Below, in pieces: positions 60,960-64,000 of a stretch of 64,000 bases of DNA. The position numbers were made by a program, and so were the translations under genes. The notes under the pieces are model-generated. The model had not been told where the DNA came from and did no database searches. It saw only the letters and a program-made list of their open reading frames with translations. How positions within the stretch are numbered: position 1 is the first letter of the stretch; each line of letters opens with the position of its first letter. The DNA comes from Pecten maximus (lineage: Eukaryota), in contig NC_047026.1 in the NCBI RefSeq assembly GCF_902652985.1, positions 3,782,001-3,846,000 on the forward strand, read 5' to 3'.

Positions 60960-62186
60960 CGAAAATATTTGTTTAAAGCCTCGAAATCCACATGTTGGTT
61001 AAAATATGACTCCACTCGGTAATTATCTGTCACCAACCCGGCTAAGTGCCCTGCCAGACAACCTGCATTAGTCAAGGTTCTGGCCCGGCTGTAGTGGTCA
61101 GCTGATTGCTCATTACGCCATCCGATATGGTGCATTATTTCCGTATTAGATACCGCTGCCCCAGACAGCGCCAGTGTAATCGCGCAACCTGCTCTAAAAC
61201 TATGAGGCGTCTCGCCTTCGTACATTCCTAGCGAGGTCAAGTGACCTTTTAAACGATCTTAAATCGCCAAATAACTTAGCTGAGAATCGAGGACTCGGCC
61301 AGATTCTGTCACGGGGCGAAATAGATACCCAACTGAGAGATGGACTCCACAATCTTTTGCTATCTGATAATACTTGTCAAATCCACGCACTGGGCACACC
61401 TCATCATCTTCGCAACGCTTTATTACGTATGTATTCGACTTTCCATCTCCTCGGAGAGTCTTACCATACGTCTGATGGAACACGAGCCCAGAATCGTCAT
61501 TTAACCGCTTTAACCTCCTGTGAGACAATATTACTAATATCACTAGCTCTCTCACCAGCGAAAAATTGCAATTTTATCAACGCCTGATCCCTTGCTAAAA
61601 TGATTTTTTCCTTAGCCGTTAACCGTGATTGACAAAGTTGACGGTCAATACAAGCTCCGAACCGTTTGAATTTTTGACAGGAAAATTGGTTTCGCTTGTT
61701 TCGGAGTAACATGTGGTTTCGCTTGTTTCGGAGTAACATGAGCTTGAGCTTGCTCTTCTTTAACAAACTTAATATATTTGTTAGCATGGTGGAATAAACC
61801 GGGTTCCCCACAGACTTGGCAATATCCCAGACACTACCTCTACCGTGCGCACAGAATATATCCCCCAAGTGACATAATATATTTTGTAAAGTACCCGCCG
61901 CTAGTCGAACGGGACATCCACTCCACATTCATGAAGACCTTTTTTTTTTCTTTTTTTCTTCTAAATAACTGCACTTTATAGTATGGACCTGCGTTTGTCC
62001 CGAAGTATCATTCCATATAAGGAAGCGACGAACATCATCAGGAGTAGCCGTCTCAATGGTTGCTTTCTCGGGAAGTTGTAGCAAAAACTGTGCCAATCTC
62101 ACCACAAGACTACAGCGTTTCTTAACATTTATAGTTGACTTCATCTTATTCTCCATCTCCCGAATTCTACCCTCGATTTTGGTCAT
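60960..62186 (-). pseudogene. DIRS/PAT tyrosine recombinase with N-terminal ALOG domain (frameshifted)
   Basis: ORF fragments 61929-62186, 61497-61928, 61259-61555 and 60920-61240; catalytic GERASD, HSFR, HIGW and Y motifs. Confidence 0.88.
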
Positions 62187-62242
62187 ATCGGCGTTTTCAA
62201 AACGCTTGCTCTGAAATATATAATAACAATGACGTCAATTCA

Positions 62243-63990
62243 TCAAAACGCAACGCGATAAGCCCGTAACTCCCACTTCAGACCGATTTTGTCCATACTA
62301 TATCCATGTTTCGTAGGAATTTCCAAGACTTCTCGACTAACTTTTCCCCCGATCACTATATAAGACAAACAACATCTACCTAGCATTGTCCACCAAATTG
62401 GACGTGGCTGGATAACTGGTACCACGATAGTACAAGCCTCCACGTGTTGTTCTCGGAGTAAACAAAGCAGTGGTAATATCAAATTGAATGGTGGGAATAC
62501 ATACGGGTTTTTCTCACGCGCTAATTCTTGCACAAATACATTCACACCGCCTGACCCCGGAGATGGTGAAACCGTGAAATGTCTTAATGGCTGATCACCA
62601 CAGGACCTCATTACGTTGGTATCCGTGGCCATCAAATCGACAGTGTGAGGACCATAGACGCTATCGACACGCCCCATGCCTATAAGGTAAGCATACAATC
62701 TGTGTATGATATTGTTCGAGATGGAGCGTCAGCAGCGTTTTTTTTTTTTTTTTTTTTTTTCGACGGTACATATTGCATATGAAGAGCCACATTACTCCGA
62801 ACGAAAATTTCTTTTATAATACTTGTCAGCTCATAATCTTTCCCGCCTTGGTTTCTCCACGAATTTAACACAGCTGTGTTGTCAGTTAAAATATCTACTC
62901 TGTGATCACGCAGAGAGTCTTCCAACGACTGTAACGCTTTCAAAACTGCGGATGCCTCTTTTGAATGAATCGGCCTACTATCATGCTCTAGCCAGAAATC
63001 GCCAAAACTCATTCCGCGGTCACTACCTGATAATACTGCGACACCATATCGGAATAATGACGCATCAGTGGCTAACAATATTTGACGCCAAACAGACACA
63101 CCCTCCCAATTATCTAAAAACCGCCAGTGTTCAATTTCCGTACGCAAAGTCCCTGTCATCCTTACATGTTTGCTATTCTTAGAACACAATGCAATGGCTG
63201 CATTAACATCCCTAGTGTACAACTGAGCGGCGGGTATAGCAAGAGCCATAGATATACATTTTCCGGCAAAACGCTGGAGAGTTCTAATATCAACATAATC
63301 AGAAGACAACATATTCTCACACAGTGTCATAAACGAATGTTTTTTATTTTCTGGTAACATATACGCTTGATTGACGGAATCAACTACGACACCGAGATAT
63401 TTCACAGAAGTCGACAGTATGAGTTGACATTTCCGAAGGGATAATGTATATCCTAACCTTGTCAGCAATTCTACAATCGCGTAAACATAGCGGAATGGAT
63501 CAGCCCTTACTTGCGCAATATCGTTTTGAGAAACAACCGCAAACCTATCGTCAATATATTGAGAAGTAGCAATTCCCAAGCTACGCAAGTACGAAGTAAC
63601 GGTAATGTTCTATACGCGAATACCCATCCTCCAAACTGGACACCAAAATACTTGACGGACTCCCAGACAAATACACATGATCATATCCAGATTTTTCATC
63701 AGTACATATCATCAATGCCTCACGTGGAACCAACCTATGAACATCCTTCAGAGTTTCCAAAGAAACTGGCATATCTTTTATCCATAAATTAAGGAAACGG
63801 GCATCATAGCATAATCGCGGTTTTGATGGTTCAACAGTCAATGGCATTATAACTCTCGGAAGCTTGCATTCCCCTAACTTTCCTATAAACTGTATAGAAC
63901 CATTCTGCACACGCTCAATCAACTCACTCATAATGAATTCTGTGAAAAGTTTACACTTGCTCGAATTGTAAAAATACGCTTGCTTAGGAA
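62243..63990 (-). pseudogene. DIRS/PAT pol: reverse transcriptase - RNase H - adenine-methylase-like (frameshifted)
   Basis: ORF fragments 63581-63931, 62680-63588 and 62243-62698; RT motif B' is truncated after RTLP. Confidence 0.88.
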
Positions 63991-64000
63991 TAGCTGAATC

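Larger units (their letters stand above)
60338..64000 (-). mobile_element. Decayed DIRS-order (PAT-like) tyrosine-recombinase retrotransposon; 5' end lies outside the window
   Basis: RT (KPRLCYD, DEKSGYDH, YIDD), RNase H (ATDAS, KEASAV, LTDNT, NAADAPSR), methylase-like domain (VDLMA, YVFPPF), recombinase (HSFRAGCA, HIGW, Y) and a 74-bp split direct repeat. Confidence 0.92.

Overview
AT-rich, intron-containing animal genomic DNA; the repeat landscape suggests a mollusc, probably a bivalve. The only host gene I can reconstruct lies on the minus strand at about 10348-24404. Ten coding exons with GT-AG junctions and matching phases encode a ~1000-aa Cu-only superoxide dismutase repeat protein (CSRP/cusr-like), probably secreted and GPI-anchored; its signal-peptide exon was not located. 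The protein has two degenerate His-less SOD folds, four SOD domains with intact Cu ligands but no complete Zn site, a small juxtamembrane domain and a hydrophobic tail. The rest is repeats: about 20 minisatellite arrays (roughly 10 kb), several tRNA-derived SINE copies, CR1-like and Penelope-like remnants, Helentron-like elements and tiny hairpin MITEs with clean TSDs. Three elements stand out: an IS3EU-like element, a 327-bp TRIM whose LTRs contain a tRNA-like Pol III promoter, and, at the right edge, a decayed DIRS/PAT-type tyrosine-recombinase retrotransposon (RT-RNase H-methylase plus ALOG-domain recombinase, with split direct repeats). No CRISPR array, rRNA or bona fide tRNA gene was found.
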